Positions 18,780-32,067 of a stretch of DNA of 64,000 nucleotides are shown one piece after another. Below the pieces are notes generated by a model that saw only the letters and a program-made list of their open reading frames with translations, ran no database searches and was not told where the DNA came from. A program made the translations under genes and the position numbers. Where the stretch lies: the NCBI GenBank assembly GCA_002189035.1, contig NEEC01000010.1, positions 3,483,450 through 3,547,449 of the forward strand, read 5' to 3'. Source of the DNA: Utricularia gibba. Lineage: Eukaryota > Plantae > Magnoliophyta. The first letter of the stretch is position 1. Each line of letters opens with the position of its first letter.

Positions 18780-21700
18780 TCATCTTCTACCCCTTTCATA
18801 TTTCTTTGACGGCAGAGTGGTTGAGAGAACTCTCAGTCTTCTCGTTATTTCTGTGAAGGATGGTCTTGCTGTTGGATCATGGGACCAGCATTCCTCCATA
18901 AGTTTTCTCCACTCCACATCGCACCATTCCGGAATCGTTGGCCGCAATGTGTTGTTCACAATTCCACCTTCATCAAAATCACACACCGACAACATCAAGC
19001 TGCTCCTGTCTGAACGAGAACGTACATAAGCATGTGTTTTTGTGTTGCACACCTATGATTGCACCACAGTGCATATTCATGTACGGCTCTTCTCCCGTCA
19101 ATATCTCCCACATTGCAATGCCAAAAGAGAAAACGTCTACCTGGATCCACAGTCAAGCAAGAGATTTTAATCACATGCCAAAATTAAAATCCCATAACAT
19201 GGACACGCGTCTAACCTTTTCGGAAACCCGGTTGCTGCCTCCATTTAGCAGCTCCGGAGTGTTCCACGAACACCACCAGACACAAGAGTATTCTGTTTTA
19301 TTCTTGACAGTCCAAAATCACCAACCTGAGAGTAGCAGCATCACGTTGATTGGTAAACCAAATTGATGCAAAGCTCAGCAATTCCTTACAGAAATCTGGG
19401 AAACAACCTTGCATATGGGACGTTGGGGATCACCCAATTTTACTAGCAAGTTATCGCACTTCAAGTCAAAATGAACGATATTTTTCAGGTGCAGGTATTC
19501 CATGCCAAAAGCAGCATCTAGTGCAATCATAGCCTTCCTTCTCCTGTCCAGTGATCTGCTATGGAAATAAACTAACCATCTCATGGAATCAAACTAAAAA
19601 GAAACCAACAAGAAGGAAAGCACAAATAATAGGGAGAAGAAATTAAGAACCAACCGATCCTTCCTCAATATAGCACGCCTTAGTGATCCATTTGCCATGT
19701 ATTCGGTCACAGTGGCAAATGCGCAGTCAGGTCCATCAGGAACCACCCCGTAGAATGCAACTATATTGGGATGATGGAGTCTAGACAGAATTTTATCCTC
19801 CCTCCAGAAATCATTGGTCTGAAGAATGCAGCCAGTATGAACTTATTATCTTTCATAAATCGGATTATATTCTCCAAAAAGCTTTTGATAATAGTCATAT
19901 GTCTTTTACTCGGGACTAACCAAACTTTCCTGTTCGGAGGACCTTCCAGCAAAGCAATTCTTTCTTATTCTCTTAATGGCAACATCGGTTCCCCTCCATC
20001 TTCCATGGTACACGGTCCCAAATGTGCCAGATCCCAACTCCTTCAGATCTTCAAGATCAGCATTTCTTATGATCTGTGCGGTAGAGAGAGCACATGAGTT
20101 TTTTGGAAAATGCATGCTCTGGAAGGGAAACTAGGATACGAACTACCACGAAAATAGAATTAAAGCACGAGCATAAGATCACCTGCAAACCATATAGGCT
20201 GGCTTCCATTTCAATCATTGTAGCATCACGTAATGAGACATCCATATCTTCGACATCAGCATCCTGCATCCACGTGAACAACCAAACAAGTTTCTCTTTA
20301 TTTACTTAGATGGTTTATTTAATCACCAATAAAACCATACATCGTCATCAGAATCATGCAACACACTTTCTACTTCTGTTTCTTCCGAGGATCTGATCTC
20401 ATTAAGATCATCCTGTTGCACACGAGGGCTTATGGAGGCAGCAGAGCTTTCAAATGACATCTCCGTGGCTGCATCAATTATAACTTGAGTTTCTTGTCTG
20501 AAGGTTCCAGAAAATTTTCCTGAGGACAGAGGGTTGGCAAAGTTCTCACTTTCATTATCTAAGTCCTGGAAAGGGTATCTACCAGATCTTATTTCCACTA
20601 CACTTAAATCATCGTTCAATCTTTTATTCTGCCAAGAGACTTCAGCCCGTAAAGCATCAACTTGCGTAACTCTAGGATAAATACTGCAGTCATCAAGACC
20701 TGCAGGTGAACTGGATTCATATTTGGACGAGATATATGGCCTCAGGAAATCTAGTTTGTTTACGCTCTTCTCATCTGTAATTTGCACTGCAGAAGGATTA
20801 CAGCCAGCAACAGATGGATCACTGTCAATCAGATCATGAATTTGATTATGTATATTCTGTTCTGGCATTTGATTCTTCACTGCTAACGGGTGTGAGGTCG
20901 TTTGATCAGTCACAGACATCATTGTCAAATCTTGAAGTGAAGTCTTCATAGAAGTAGATAGAGATGAATTCTTGCAGCCATTAACCTGCCTAAATGGACG
21001 ACTGCACATTTGCGACAAGCTTGTTTTCTCTTCCAAGATGTTTGCCTTTGATACACAATTCTTCCCAAGAGAATAACCTTCACCATCATTATTATTCTTT
21101 TTTTCTACGTTAAGTGTTGCCTTCTGGGTTTGGTCACCCCAGTAGATAAAGTCCTTATTAGGTGTCAGTGTCTCTTGCGACACTGGTACCTTATATGTGA
21201 ATGAGACACGTTTCTCAGAAATGATCTTGTCTTCCAATATTCCTTCCAGGGATGAACGGGACAGTCCATGTAAATGGGACTGTTCTGGGAAAAAAACTAC
21301 AGATTCCTCGGATTGGAGTGGCACTGCAACTTGATCACTTCTAACTACACCCGAATCACTGGGACAAACATATGCTGATGTGGAATGAAAATCATTGTAG
21401 AACCAATTGGTTGTGCCTAAAGTAGGAGGTGTACAAGACTGTGAGCAGCAGGCTTCTTGCAAGGGAGGAGAAATCTGAAATCGGGATGCATCGAGCAAAC
21501 AAGAATTGTTACATGATTGATCATCCTCAAGACGTTGGCAACTGACGTCTGATCCATGCTTGCTTCTGGCATCTCTATAGCCTCTAAAGCTTGAAGTCCA
21601 TAGGATATTCTGGAACCATCATGGAGGAATGAAGGCTTAGAATGGATTCGCTGAGCATTAGAATCTTCCACACATGGAGAGAGAAGCATATATTCCATAA

Positions 21701-22636
21701 TGTTAAAATTGCATTTTTTTGTTTTTAAAATGAGGAAATGAAGTAGCATACCACCAGTGGGGATGGTTTATCATCCACACTCTCCTTTCCTGTGCTTCCA
21801 TGAAATCCTGGATCAAGAATCTCATTGATAGCAACTCCAGAATGATGATCAGCATCAATATGCAGCATGGTCCCGAGTGGTGGCTCAATATCATTATAAG
21901 AAATAAGGAAGAGTCTCAATCTTTGTGAACATCTCTCTAGGTCATTATACTCCTCAATCATATTACGGAGATCCTCATCAGAAGCCACAGATATCAGTGC
22001 ATCCAGGTCTTCACCAGGAAGCTGGTACTTAGTGGTATGCGGATAGTTACACATTGCAGCCGTTTTTTTAAGAAGTTCAGCATAACTTAAATCTGCTCGG
22101 ATAGAGGCAATCTTTGTGTCTCCACCAATGTACCTAAGCTTCCCATCATTTGGCCGCGGACCTATCTTGCCCCCATAACTGCATAGGAATTTCACTTGTT
22201 TAGAGAAGCAACTACGGGAGTCAGAGGAGCGAATAGATGGACTAGATGTACACAATTTATCCAAGTCATCAGAGAGAAATCTTCTGTGATGTGTATAGGG
22301 ATATGTTTCTGCAGTATATCCACCTGCAGGGCCAATATCCATTTTGAAGGCAAATCCATTTCTGGGACTAAAATCAGCGAATTCAGTTGGGCAGTCAGAA
22401 TTCCTCCTCCGTGTCCCATGGATGCCTGCTATATTTTTGGAGGCATCCAAGCTTGGGTCCACTACTACATCTGCAAAATGATTTCTTCTAGACAAAGCAC
22501 GAGTAAGCATAAAAGCAGGACAGAATTCCTCTCCTGTCCGTAGTGAAATATTCTTGAGGCTCGTATCTACATTGTTTTGGTCGTTTGGCATGACCGCGGA
22601 AAACTCAATTCCACCACCAGGTAACTCACTTTTCAT
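18780..22636 (-). CDS. B4-group Raf-like MAPKKK with N-terminal PB1 domain; kinase domain frameshifted as sequenced
   Basis: N-terminal LRTGEEF motif, PB1 domain ([27 protein letters not shown]...[15 protein letters not shown]) and kinase exons [42 protein letters not shown] reads GTL-RSC-stop (TAA at 19247-19245). Confidence 0.88.
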
Positions 22637-24255
22637 TTGTACGATATAAAAAACTCGCCATCATCTAAATTCGGTATGCTCAAGTCTGACTCCATTCTCA
22701 AATTGACCAACCAAACAAGACGTGCTACGTTCCATGCTTCAAGACCAGCAACATTTGCACGGTTTCGCAATAAAAGTTTTTCCATTTCCTAATTTGAAGC
22801 CCATTGCACTGCAGGCACTTTCTGAACAGTAGAGTATTGAATGACGTACAATGAATGAATTGCGCATCCGGGATACGCATCCAACTTCCTAGAGCATTCA
22901 GGGAGAGAAAAAAAATCGAGGCCATGTAAGGCAATTGAATAGAATGGCAAGGAAACGAATTGCAACACATGTTTGATCTCCCCCACCCCCCCCACAGGAA
23001 TTTGTTCAAAAATAACTAACGGAATCGTGAGACAAACCGAAATTTCCCTCTCGTGCCAGAAGCGAAGTGGAAAAGGAATCATTCCCTTGCGTCTTCTCCA
23101 GCCTCAATCTGACCAGAACAAAAAGAAAATGTTGCAATTGAATAAAAAGGAGCAACCTTTGCGGATGGAAATTGGAAAAAACAAGAAAAGAAGGCATGGC
23201 ACGGTTTTCGGGGTATCGCTGGAGCGCGATGGCATGCCGCATGGACATGAATCCCAAATAATACCCTTGGTTTTAATATTTGTACGTCAGCGGTAGCGAC
23301 CCGCAGCCCATACATCGCATGACATCAAGAATTGGGCCTTTGAGGAATAAAGTCGTAGTTTCCCATCATGGGCTTTTGTTAATGAGGCCCGTAAATGTAT
23401 GTGGACTGTGGAGTCGTGTAGCATTAATTATTCATAAGGGGTAAGACAAAATTCTACTACACAAAGTTGTGGCTGAATGGATAAAAGAACATAAATAGGA
23501 GAGTTACTACTACTAGGGCATTCATTGTTCCATGCGTATGTATTAATTATTTATTACGTGGCCTGATGGATGGGTGGATGCCGGATTTCAATAAATCCAA
23601 ACAAGGAAATGAAGCACCAAGTCGGCCTGGTGGAGAGCCGGCAGCGGCACGTGGTGCGATCGCTCGAATACCTGAAGGAGGCAGCCGTTTGTCTCGTTTT
23701 GCCGTTGCGGGCACATGCACAAGTTGTAACCTCGTCCAGCCTGTCTGCACCCACGCAAATTAATTCGCGGCACATGCTCTGGTCTCGCCTCCTTTCCTTC
23801 GTTTTTGGTCACCTCCAAATGGATTTACACATCAACACCGTCACCCGCCACTGCACGTCACCCACGATCCTCATCCAGTCATAATCTATCCACGTATATT
23901 GTATAACCTTATTATAATGAAATTATTGTTTGCATGATTTGCAACTATTATTAAAAAAAGAAGAAGAGAAAGAAAAATAACACATGCGCTCGATGTTGTT
24001 GGTGGTGGTTAAGAAACAGCCCATCTTTCTGCATATGTCGCCAGTCTATAAAATCAGGGGCAGGAGCATATCTCTTGCTCTGAACTCGTGCGTCCCCATT
24101 TGTCCCAACTTCTACTCTCCATCACACTCACACCTCTGCATACATTGAACCTTCTCCTTACACGGAAACACCCTCTATCTATATATACACACACACACCC
24201 ACACAACAACAGAGTAACCCTACACAGAGATAGACGCAAAAAAGCAATACCAAAG

Positions 24256-26033
24256 ATGACTTCCGGCAAGTGGAATACTCTCCTTTCTTTCCTGCTAGTA
24301 GCTCTTCTACACGCTGCACCAATCCATGGGTACGCTCTTTTCTCTATTCTGACAGAGTACCATCATTCATTCAACACACGTTGAACTCATGGTTCCATTG
24401 TTCATTTCAATCAGCTTAAGAGGAAGTGGTGATCCGAAGGCCTTGAGTGGAGGAGGAGCGGTTGAAGATCCAGAAAGAATTGCGAGGATGATGAAAGTGG
24501 AAATGTAGGTGTCCTCTCTCCATATCCCTCACCCCACATGCTCTGTTTTTTCTTGAAAATTGATGACACTGTGGAGTCCTTGTCTGGAGTTAATGCAAAA
24601 AGTTGGACGTCGAAGCTACCGATGCCTCGACAACTGATGTTTTCATTCACTTTTAAGTGTTGTTTCTACCTTTATGTTGTATATTTCGGTAGGTACTTCG
24701 TTTGCATAGACAATGAAAGTTTACCGGTTTTTTCACTCACTCACTCTACTGCTCGGTCTATCCATCTCACACACAGGGAAAAAAAAAGGAGAAATTCTAA
24801 AGTCTTCTTCTATTAATGGCTTTGATTCGGTGTGACCTGCAGGGGGAAGAGAAACGGTACACAACAGAGGAGAAATCTGGGATACTTTTCATGCGGGACC
24901 GGTAACCCCATCGACGATTGTTGGCGATGTGATCCTAACTGGCACAACAACAGGAAGCAGCTCGCTGACTGTGGAATTGGTTTCGGACGCAACGCCATCG
25001 GTGGCCGTGACGGTCATTACTATGTAGTCACAGACCCAAGTGATGATGATGCTGTGAATCCCCGACCGGGGACTCTGCGCCATGCGGTTATTCAAGACGA
25101 ACCCCTGTGGATCATATTCGAGCGCGACATGGTTATAACACTGAAGCAGGAGCTGATCATGAACAGCTTCAAGACCATTGATGGTCGTGGAGCTAATGTT
25201 CATATTGCATATGGAGCTTGCATCACCATACAGTTCGTAAGCCATGTTATCATACACGGTCTGCATATCCACAACTGTATACCAACGGGGAATGCCATGG
25301 TTAGAAGCTCACCCTCTCACTATGGTTGGAGGACCATGGCCGATGGCGATGCAGTTTCCATCTTTGGCTCCAGCCATGTTTGGGTTGATCACAACTCGCT
25401 ATCGCACTCCGCCGATGGCCTTGTTGATGCGGTCATGGGATCGACTGCACTCACAATATCAAACAACTATTTCACAAATCACAATGAGGTTATGTTGTTG
25501 GGACATAGTGACTCCTACGTCAAGGACAAGCTTATGCAGGTGACTATAGCATTCAACCATTTTGGCGAGAACCTCATACAGAGGATGCCAAGGTGCAGGC
25601 ATGGATACTTCCATGTGGTGAACAACGATTACACACACTGGGAGATGTATGCCATCGGTGGAAGTGCAGCACCTACTATTAACAGCCAAGGCAACCGATT
25701 TCTTGCCCCATTCAACCCTTTTGCTAAGGAAGTAAGAGCCTCTTTCTTTCTTACTCTGCTCTGTTACAAGCTCACGAGTGTTGATTAATCGGTGCTGGCA
25801 ATTCTATGGTTCAGGTAACAAGGAGAGCAGAGACGAATGCGGACTGGAGAAACTGGAATTGGAGATCAGATGGTGATCTGATGCTCAATGGAGCTTACTT
25901 CATCCAGTCCGGAGCCGGAGCTTCGACCAGCTATGCCAGAGCTTCAAGCTTGGGAGCCAAACCTTCAACGCTGGTTGGCTCAATGACTACCAATGCCGGC
26001 GCCCTTCTTTGCTACTCGGGCAGCCAGTGCTAG
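24256..26033 (+). CDS. Pectate lyase (PL1 family) with signal peptide; 4 exons
   Basis: Hydrophobic N-terminus [20 protein letters not shown]; [49 protein letters not shown]; last exon [15 protein letters not shown]. Confidence 0.96.
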
Positions 26034-27694
26034 CAAGCAACCATGGCATGATGAATACAACATATACTTGTAACTACACCACACAAAGTCATCCATAAAC
26101 ACTCTGTGCAACCTCGGCCTGGTTCAGTTGAAAGAGAACAACTCCATACATAGAAACAGGTGCAGCAGCGTTGTCCAAGATTTTCTTCTTTGTAGCTTTG
26201 TATTACAGTCATTTGTCCAGACATCCACAGGATTGTCATTGCTTTCCTGTTCACAGGAACTACATGATTGTGTGTTATAATGTTTCTTATTATATGTAAA
26301 ACATAAGGTTCACTTGTCAGATATCTACAAAAAAAGAAAACCAATACCAATTTATCAGTCATTCTACTTTGCATCAGCAGTCTACCTTTCTCTTTTCTAG
26401 TGATTTTGAAATGAAACGATACATCTTCCCTTACAAAAGTTCCATTTTAAAGGCAGAATTACAAAAGATATTGAAAGGCAGAGCAAAAGTTTGATGCAGA
26501 TATAATCTGGAAATCAATCATCATCAAGAACAGCGGCTGCATAAACTGCTCCAATGAACAAACACGAATAAAATACAAAGGTTGGAAGTTGCCTAGTTTG
26601 TCCATGACCCTCCTCCTTCCACCAAGTATTTACCTTAACAATTGCAAGTGATTATAATCCCGTGAGATCTTTACAGGCATATCAAAAAGAAGAAATCTCA
26701 CTTCATGAGTAGCAAAACTTTGAAAAAAGAGCATTTGCATCCCTCTTTCCCAAATTGCACAGGCAAGAAACAGAACACTATTCAACAATCAATCATCATC
26801 AGATTCAGTGACTGGAAAGACTACTCACATGCACAACCAAATCTAAAGCTGGAGCCTATGTTAGGGTGGTCCAACCGATGACAATTTCTATGTCTCTTCC
26901 TGTCAACATTACAACAATAGTACATTCTGATTCTGGGAGAAAAAGGTTTCCTTCATACGTCATATTAGCTTGCAAGCAGTACTTAGTGCCCTCACAATCA
27001 GTACAGCCCTGTGATTAACCACTCCCATATCCCATCTCCAGTGCCCCTGTCATGGAAGCCTATCAAACATAATTACACAGATGGTGATTAAAGAATGCTT
27101 AGAAGATTCAGTCGATCTACAATGGTGGTATCTTGCTCAACATATAGCTTTTGGTGATCAAAGATATCATAAAACTAATCCCTTTTCTGTTCTAAACAAA
27201 TTAACAAATGTCACACATTGATTATGGAAATTAAACATAACTGAAAAGAATGCAGTAGTCTCATTCGGTTTCGAATGCACCAAAAGTATAATCAATGAAA
27301 TTTGGAGCTTGGGATTGTGCATGCTGTTCTACATGTATCATCAGAAGAGAAATTTCATGGTTAAGATTCAAGACCAGTAAAATAAAAATGTAAATGGGCT
27401 GCACTTGCTCCAATTGTCATACCCCCTCCATTTCTATTCCCGGGTTGGAATTCCTCTGAACCAAGAAAAAAAAAACGTAGGGTGAGAAAAAGATTCTCAA
27501 AAAAACAAAAATGGAAATGGACTTCGCAAGGGAAGCTGAGGCAGCGGAGAGCCATTACGGGCTAAATGGCCCAATTTTGCGGAGGCCCGCACAAAATCAC
27601 ATTGGGCGGCTGCGGATGGACAGTCTTTGTTTCTTAAACCCCACTGCCCACTGGAGTCCGGGTTAACCCCCTTGTACCTCACTTACACTCACAG

Positions 27695-28767
27695 ATGGCT
27701 CTGAGAACGGTGGCGGAAGCAATTTCGTCCGGTTGTCGCATGGGACGTGGGCTGGGCGTTTTGTATTCATCATCAACTACGGGTTTTCCGTTTAATCTGC
27801 CTCAGCCTAAAGTCGAGAAGCCTCCTGCAGCTGAGCCTTCCACCAATCTCTTCGTTTCCGGTATATCTCTCTCCGCTCCGGCCTTATTCGGTGTGATTTT
27901 CTTAAATTATCTTGTTTTTTTCGAAGTCGAGGAAACACGGAGATAAAAAGGTTCCGTTATTGGAACTTGAATCGAAAATGAGTTGCTTCAGACATTTTTT
28001 TTACTGGGATTTAATAATTGGAGGTGGGCCTCCATCAGATTAGCGATTACTGGGATTTCCCATCCTGGTATACTTTTGAAAGCTAAATACGCCACCTTTT
28101 TGTTTGTTAGCTCTCAAAGTTCTCATCTTTCCTTATTTTTGCCACCTTGAGCATCATCCCAAATTTGTGTTGGTGTCCATCCCACGATATCATTATTCTT
28201 CCCAAATGCTAATCATCTGCAGGGCTTAGCAAGCGTACAACAACAGAAGGTCTTCGTGATGCATTTGCAAAGTTTGGAGAAGTTGTTCATGGTCCGATAT
28301 GCTACCTTTGAAAGGCATTTTTTTTGGACTCCTGCTTGTTGGCATCAATGAAAAGTAATGAGTTTTGTATATTTTGCAGCTAAAGTGGTGACTGATCGTG
28401 TATCTGGCTACTCAAAAGGTTTTGGTTTTGTGAAATATGCAACTATGAAGGAAGCTGAAGCAGGGCTTAAAGGGATGGATGGCCAGGTAGAAAAATAATT
28501 AGGAAAAGTACACAGCTGTGCTAAGTTATTTGTCCTTGCAAACGTCAAATCAATTTTCGGATGCTGACTAAATGTCCCTGCTTTTTTTTCCCCTCTTGAT
28601 TGGCAATTCAGAAGCTGGTGGCGATGTGAACACCTTTTAAGCCCTGAATTCTCTCTTGTCATTTGCAGTTTTTGGATGGTTGGGTTATTTTTGCGGAATA
28701 CGCAAGACCGAGACCGCCTGTACCTCCTTTGAACAATGCACCTTCTCAGGATCAGTGGGGTTCCTGA
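27695..28767 (+). CDS. Organellar RRM-domain RNA-binding protein (ORRM2-like); 4 exons
   Basis: Transit-peptide-like N-terminus, RNP2 NLFVSGL, RNP1 KGFGFVKY, final exon FLDGWVIFAEYARPRPP...QWGS*. Confidence 0.88.
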
Positions 28768-29065
28768 TAGCGAAGATGCAGAACTCGGAAGGTTCCATAT
28801 TTGCACGTAAATTGTTTTGCGAACCCGGTGCTCCTTTTCTGTTCCATGATAATTCTACGTGCTTCACTCCTGTATTCTTAGTGTGTTCCATGCGATGATG
28901 GCATGGAGGTGATGCCAAAAGAAGGGAAAAAAAAGTTTGTGTGCGACGTTGTGCTATTGTGAAACCGGCGACGTATATTTGCGTCATCGAAAGCTGAGAA
29001 GGATACTTAGCATCGCTTCATGTTAATCAAATTTCCCCACAAAGCTGGAGAAGCGGTCCAGGAGG

Positions 29066-29178
29066 GTCATTTTGAAGAGTACCCACTGTCCATTTCTCTC
29101 TCACACACCACGCACAAAAATTTGCACACAGGATGGGTATATTTCTAACACACACAAAACGGTATTTTTCAAAAAAAC
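29066..29178. mobile_element. Short Mutator-like MITE (about 113 bp)
   Basis: Imperfect inverted termini GTCATTTTGAAG / TTTCAAAAAAAC, flanked by the direct repeat CCAGGAGG (29058-29065 and 29179-29186). A related copy lies at about 39175. Confidence 0.55.
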
Positions 29179-29513
29179 CCAGGAGGTCCGTTGATGGCCC
29201 CTGCGGCTACGCTATCCCCGTCTTCGCAGGCAACTACTACACAGCCCACAGAAGTACGTACACACGCCACGCAGATATGTTAACAAAGAGAGGATGACTC
29301 GTATAGTGTTTATATTGTAAATGTAGACGTGCGGATTGGATGGGATTGATCAAATGGATGAGGCCAGACACGACTTCTATTTATGGGTCATCTGTTTCTC
29401 TCCAGAAATGAGAAGGAAACCAGAAAACTCCCTCCTGAGATCGGGTCGTTTCCGATTCTTCTCCTAGCCCCCCTTTTTTCCCCTGGCGATCGGGTCTCTC
29501 CTCCTGCTCCGCA

Positions 29514-29939
29514 ATGAAGTTTTTGCTGGCTTGCTGCGGCGCTGGGGCGCGGCCGGAGGAGAAGAGATTGCTTGAACCTGCCCCTCGCCATCGCAGAACT
29601 CCCAGATTTGGCCGTCACAGGTGGAGCCCTTCGCTGACGTCGATTTCAGAGGACATATCGACGGCAGACAAAAGCAGCGGCGCAGGCGATGGGGGTAACG
29701 TTAAGAAGTCCAAGGTTTTTTCCGCGCATCAAGATGGATACGATTCTTGTTGCAGGGGAGGAGTCTGGTGATCAATCATGCGTTAAGATATTGCATTCCA
29801 TTCCATTATCAATGATGCTAGCTCGTGTGTGTTGATTGATTGGATGATGTTCCGTGTTCAACGTTTGTTGTACAGGCAAACCAAGATCCGGTTTTCAGCC
29901 GTGCTTCATTCTTGCCCTCCCACTCCATTTATGTTCTAA
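29514..29939 (+). CDS. Small plant-specific protein (WSPSLTSISED ... PTPFMF type, resembles UCP031279 family); 2 exons
   Basis: Exon 1 contains WSPSLTSISED. Exon 2, after the TACAG acceptor at about 29875, ends QTKIRFSAVLHSCPPTPFMF*. The family name is from recall. Confidence 0.7.
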
Positions 29940-30508
29940 CCTGCCTCTCCTCTCTGCCCTGCCCTGATTTTCAAGCGCATCGAAGCAAGCAGCAGTCGGT
30001 GACTAGTGAGTAACAAAGCAGTGAGCACAATAGATCTGGAGCTTGATGTGTAGGAGAAGGAAGGGGGTTGTGCGTTGCATTGAGGCCTGAGGGGAAGGAT
30101 CACAAAGACTTGGAGCTTTGCATTATCATGGTTAATTAGCAGCCTCTTGGTGTTGTACTTTAAAATGCATCAATTCCATTCTGAGGAACATCCAAGATTC
30201 ATTAAAAGGAAAATTGTAAAATAAAACGTTTTTCAGAATCCACACACCCTCAACATTTTTTTTTCAATGGCCTCAACAACAGTTCTCCGCAAGGAGCGTA
30301 TGTTCCAGAGTGCGCCACGTAGCTTGCCTCCGCCACGCGCCTGACGCCTCCCTCATCTCATCTCCTCCTCCTCCTTTTCTGGGCGAATCATTTCTCGATC
30401 GTCGATTTCTACCCTTCGTCGATCTAGATTCCTTTCCTCTCTCCTTGTTTTCACGAATTCCATTGGTGGTTTCGTTTAACGTGTCTCTTGAAAGGTTTTT
30501 CGGCCAGG

Positions 30509-31818
30509 ATGGATGCGCCGGAAAACACGAATTGGTTTTACGATTACGGGATTGAGGATATTCATGTTGTTGATGCCATTTTTTCGGCTCATAGTCCCGG
30601 GCTTCCACGCCCAGGGGACGCCGTGAATGCGACACCCGATGCTGGGTATTTTTTTAACTTCTGAGTTTACTCGTTTCCATGTTTTGTTTTACACCTTATA
30701 CGCATATGATTGCTTAGTGATGGTGTCTATTCTCGGTAGATATTACTAATGATTCTTGCTGGTAAGTTCATCGGGACTCTCCATACCTTTAATTATGTCA
30801 GTTTTATGTAACTGGATGCTGCAGGATTTTCTCAAGTACCTGTTTTTGTCTGCATGAACTGATGATGGATGTGAACATGGATTTGAAATGCCGCATGACA
30901 CATGCGTTATATATTCTTTGCGTGTATGGTCTATATGTTCTTTGCTTTCTCCCCGTTTTAAAAATCATTGTTGGTTTCTCATATGCTGGCAGCGTGGAAA
31001 TCGATGGATCATTTGGAGAGTCAGAAAGGGAAACTTCATCAAGGAAGAGGTGGCAAAAATATAAAGTTTTCCACGATATTGTGAAACATGCCATGATTTC
31101 TTAGATGATCATATGGCGATTTGATCTGAAATTTTATATTGATCATTCGTTTGCTTCACAGAACTAGAAATGACACACGTGTCCCATCAAAGGCATGCAG
31201 AGAGAAACAGAGAAGAGACAAGCTAAATGACAGGTGATGTTTTACTAGGTTGGTAAACGTTGCTTAACCATGTTTATAGCAGTAATTTCAAAGAGGGTTT
31301 TTTGTGTTCCAGGTTTATAGAATTGGCCGCTCTTCTTGACCCTGGGAAGCCTCCCAAAACAGACAAATCTGCAATTTTGGTTGATGCAGTTCGTGTGATA
31401 AGCCAGCTAAAAGCTGATGCTGAGAAGCAGAAGAACTCAAACTTGAATATCCTGGAAAAGATCAAGGAGCTGAAAGTAGGAAACCATTGCCCCCCTTTTT
31501 TTTTTATCTCCAAAATCTACCCTTTGACAAATGACCAAGTTCTTTGTTGTGTGCTGGTGATTGCAGGCAGAAAAAAATGAACTTCGAGAAGAGAAGCAGA
31601 AGTTGAAGGCAGAGAAGGAAAAGCTTGAGAAGCAGCTGAAGACAATGAGCGGTTCACCATCCAACTTCATACCGGCTGCATTTGCTGCACAAAACCAAGC
31701 TGCCTGCGACAAATTGGTACCTGTCATCAGCTACCCCAGCGTAGCTATGTGGCAGTTCATGCCGCCTGCAGCTGTTGATACATCTCAAGACCATGCCCTC
31801 CGCCCACCAGTCGCCTAA
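30509..31818 (+). CDS. bHLH subgroup IVc transcription factor (ILR3/bHLH105-like, iron homeostasis); 5 exons
   Basis: MDAPENTNWFYDYG start, basic region SKACREKQRRDKLNDRF, PPKTDKSAIL, leucine zipper AEKNELREEKQKLKAEKEKLE, C-terminal AMWQFMPPAAVDTSQDHALRPPVA. Confidence 0.94.
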
Positions 31819-32067
31819 GTTGACACACAAATCATATCACCATGGTTCCATTATTTCTTGTCTCTGATATCTTTTTTTGAAGTCTTTTAATGTGGTATCA
31901 GACTAGTGATGGAAATTGGGGAACTCTCTGCTGACCAAGTTTGGTGCGTAATCGCTAGTTTCTTATGTTTGCATTAGGTAGCCTACTTGTAGTCCCATTG
32001 AAAAAAAAAAAAAAACCTTATACCTATCTCTGGGGATGAACCTTATCCAAAGTACGCATGTCTTCTT

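Noticed and set aside
18436-18783. 115-aa ORF downstream of the Raf kinase
   Set aside because: Non-ATG start, no homology recognised; likely 3' UTR or XRN4 promoter DNA.
21500-21750. Apparent frameshift between Raf ORFs 21725-22636 and 20323-21498
   Set aside because: Explained by a phase-0 intron (GTG/GTATGC ... TTCCAG/AAT) of about 135 nt.
26490-26810. ATGATGA C-box-like motifs suggesting snoRNAs
   Set aside because: No CTGA D box at a suitable distance on the same strand.
26855-26875. ACCCTAAC as a possible telomerase RNA template
   Set aside because: It does not match the CCCTAAAC template for TTTAGGG, and I saw no USE/TATA Pol III promoter.
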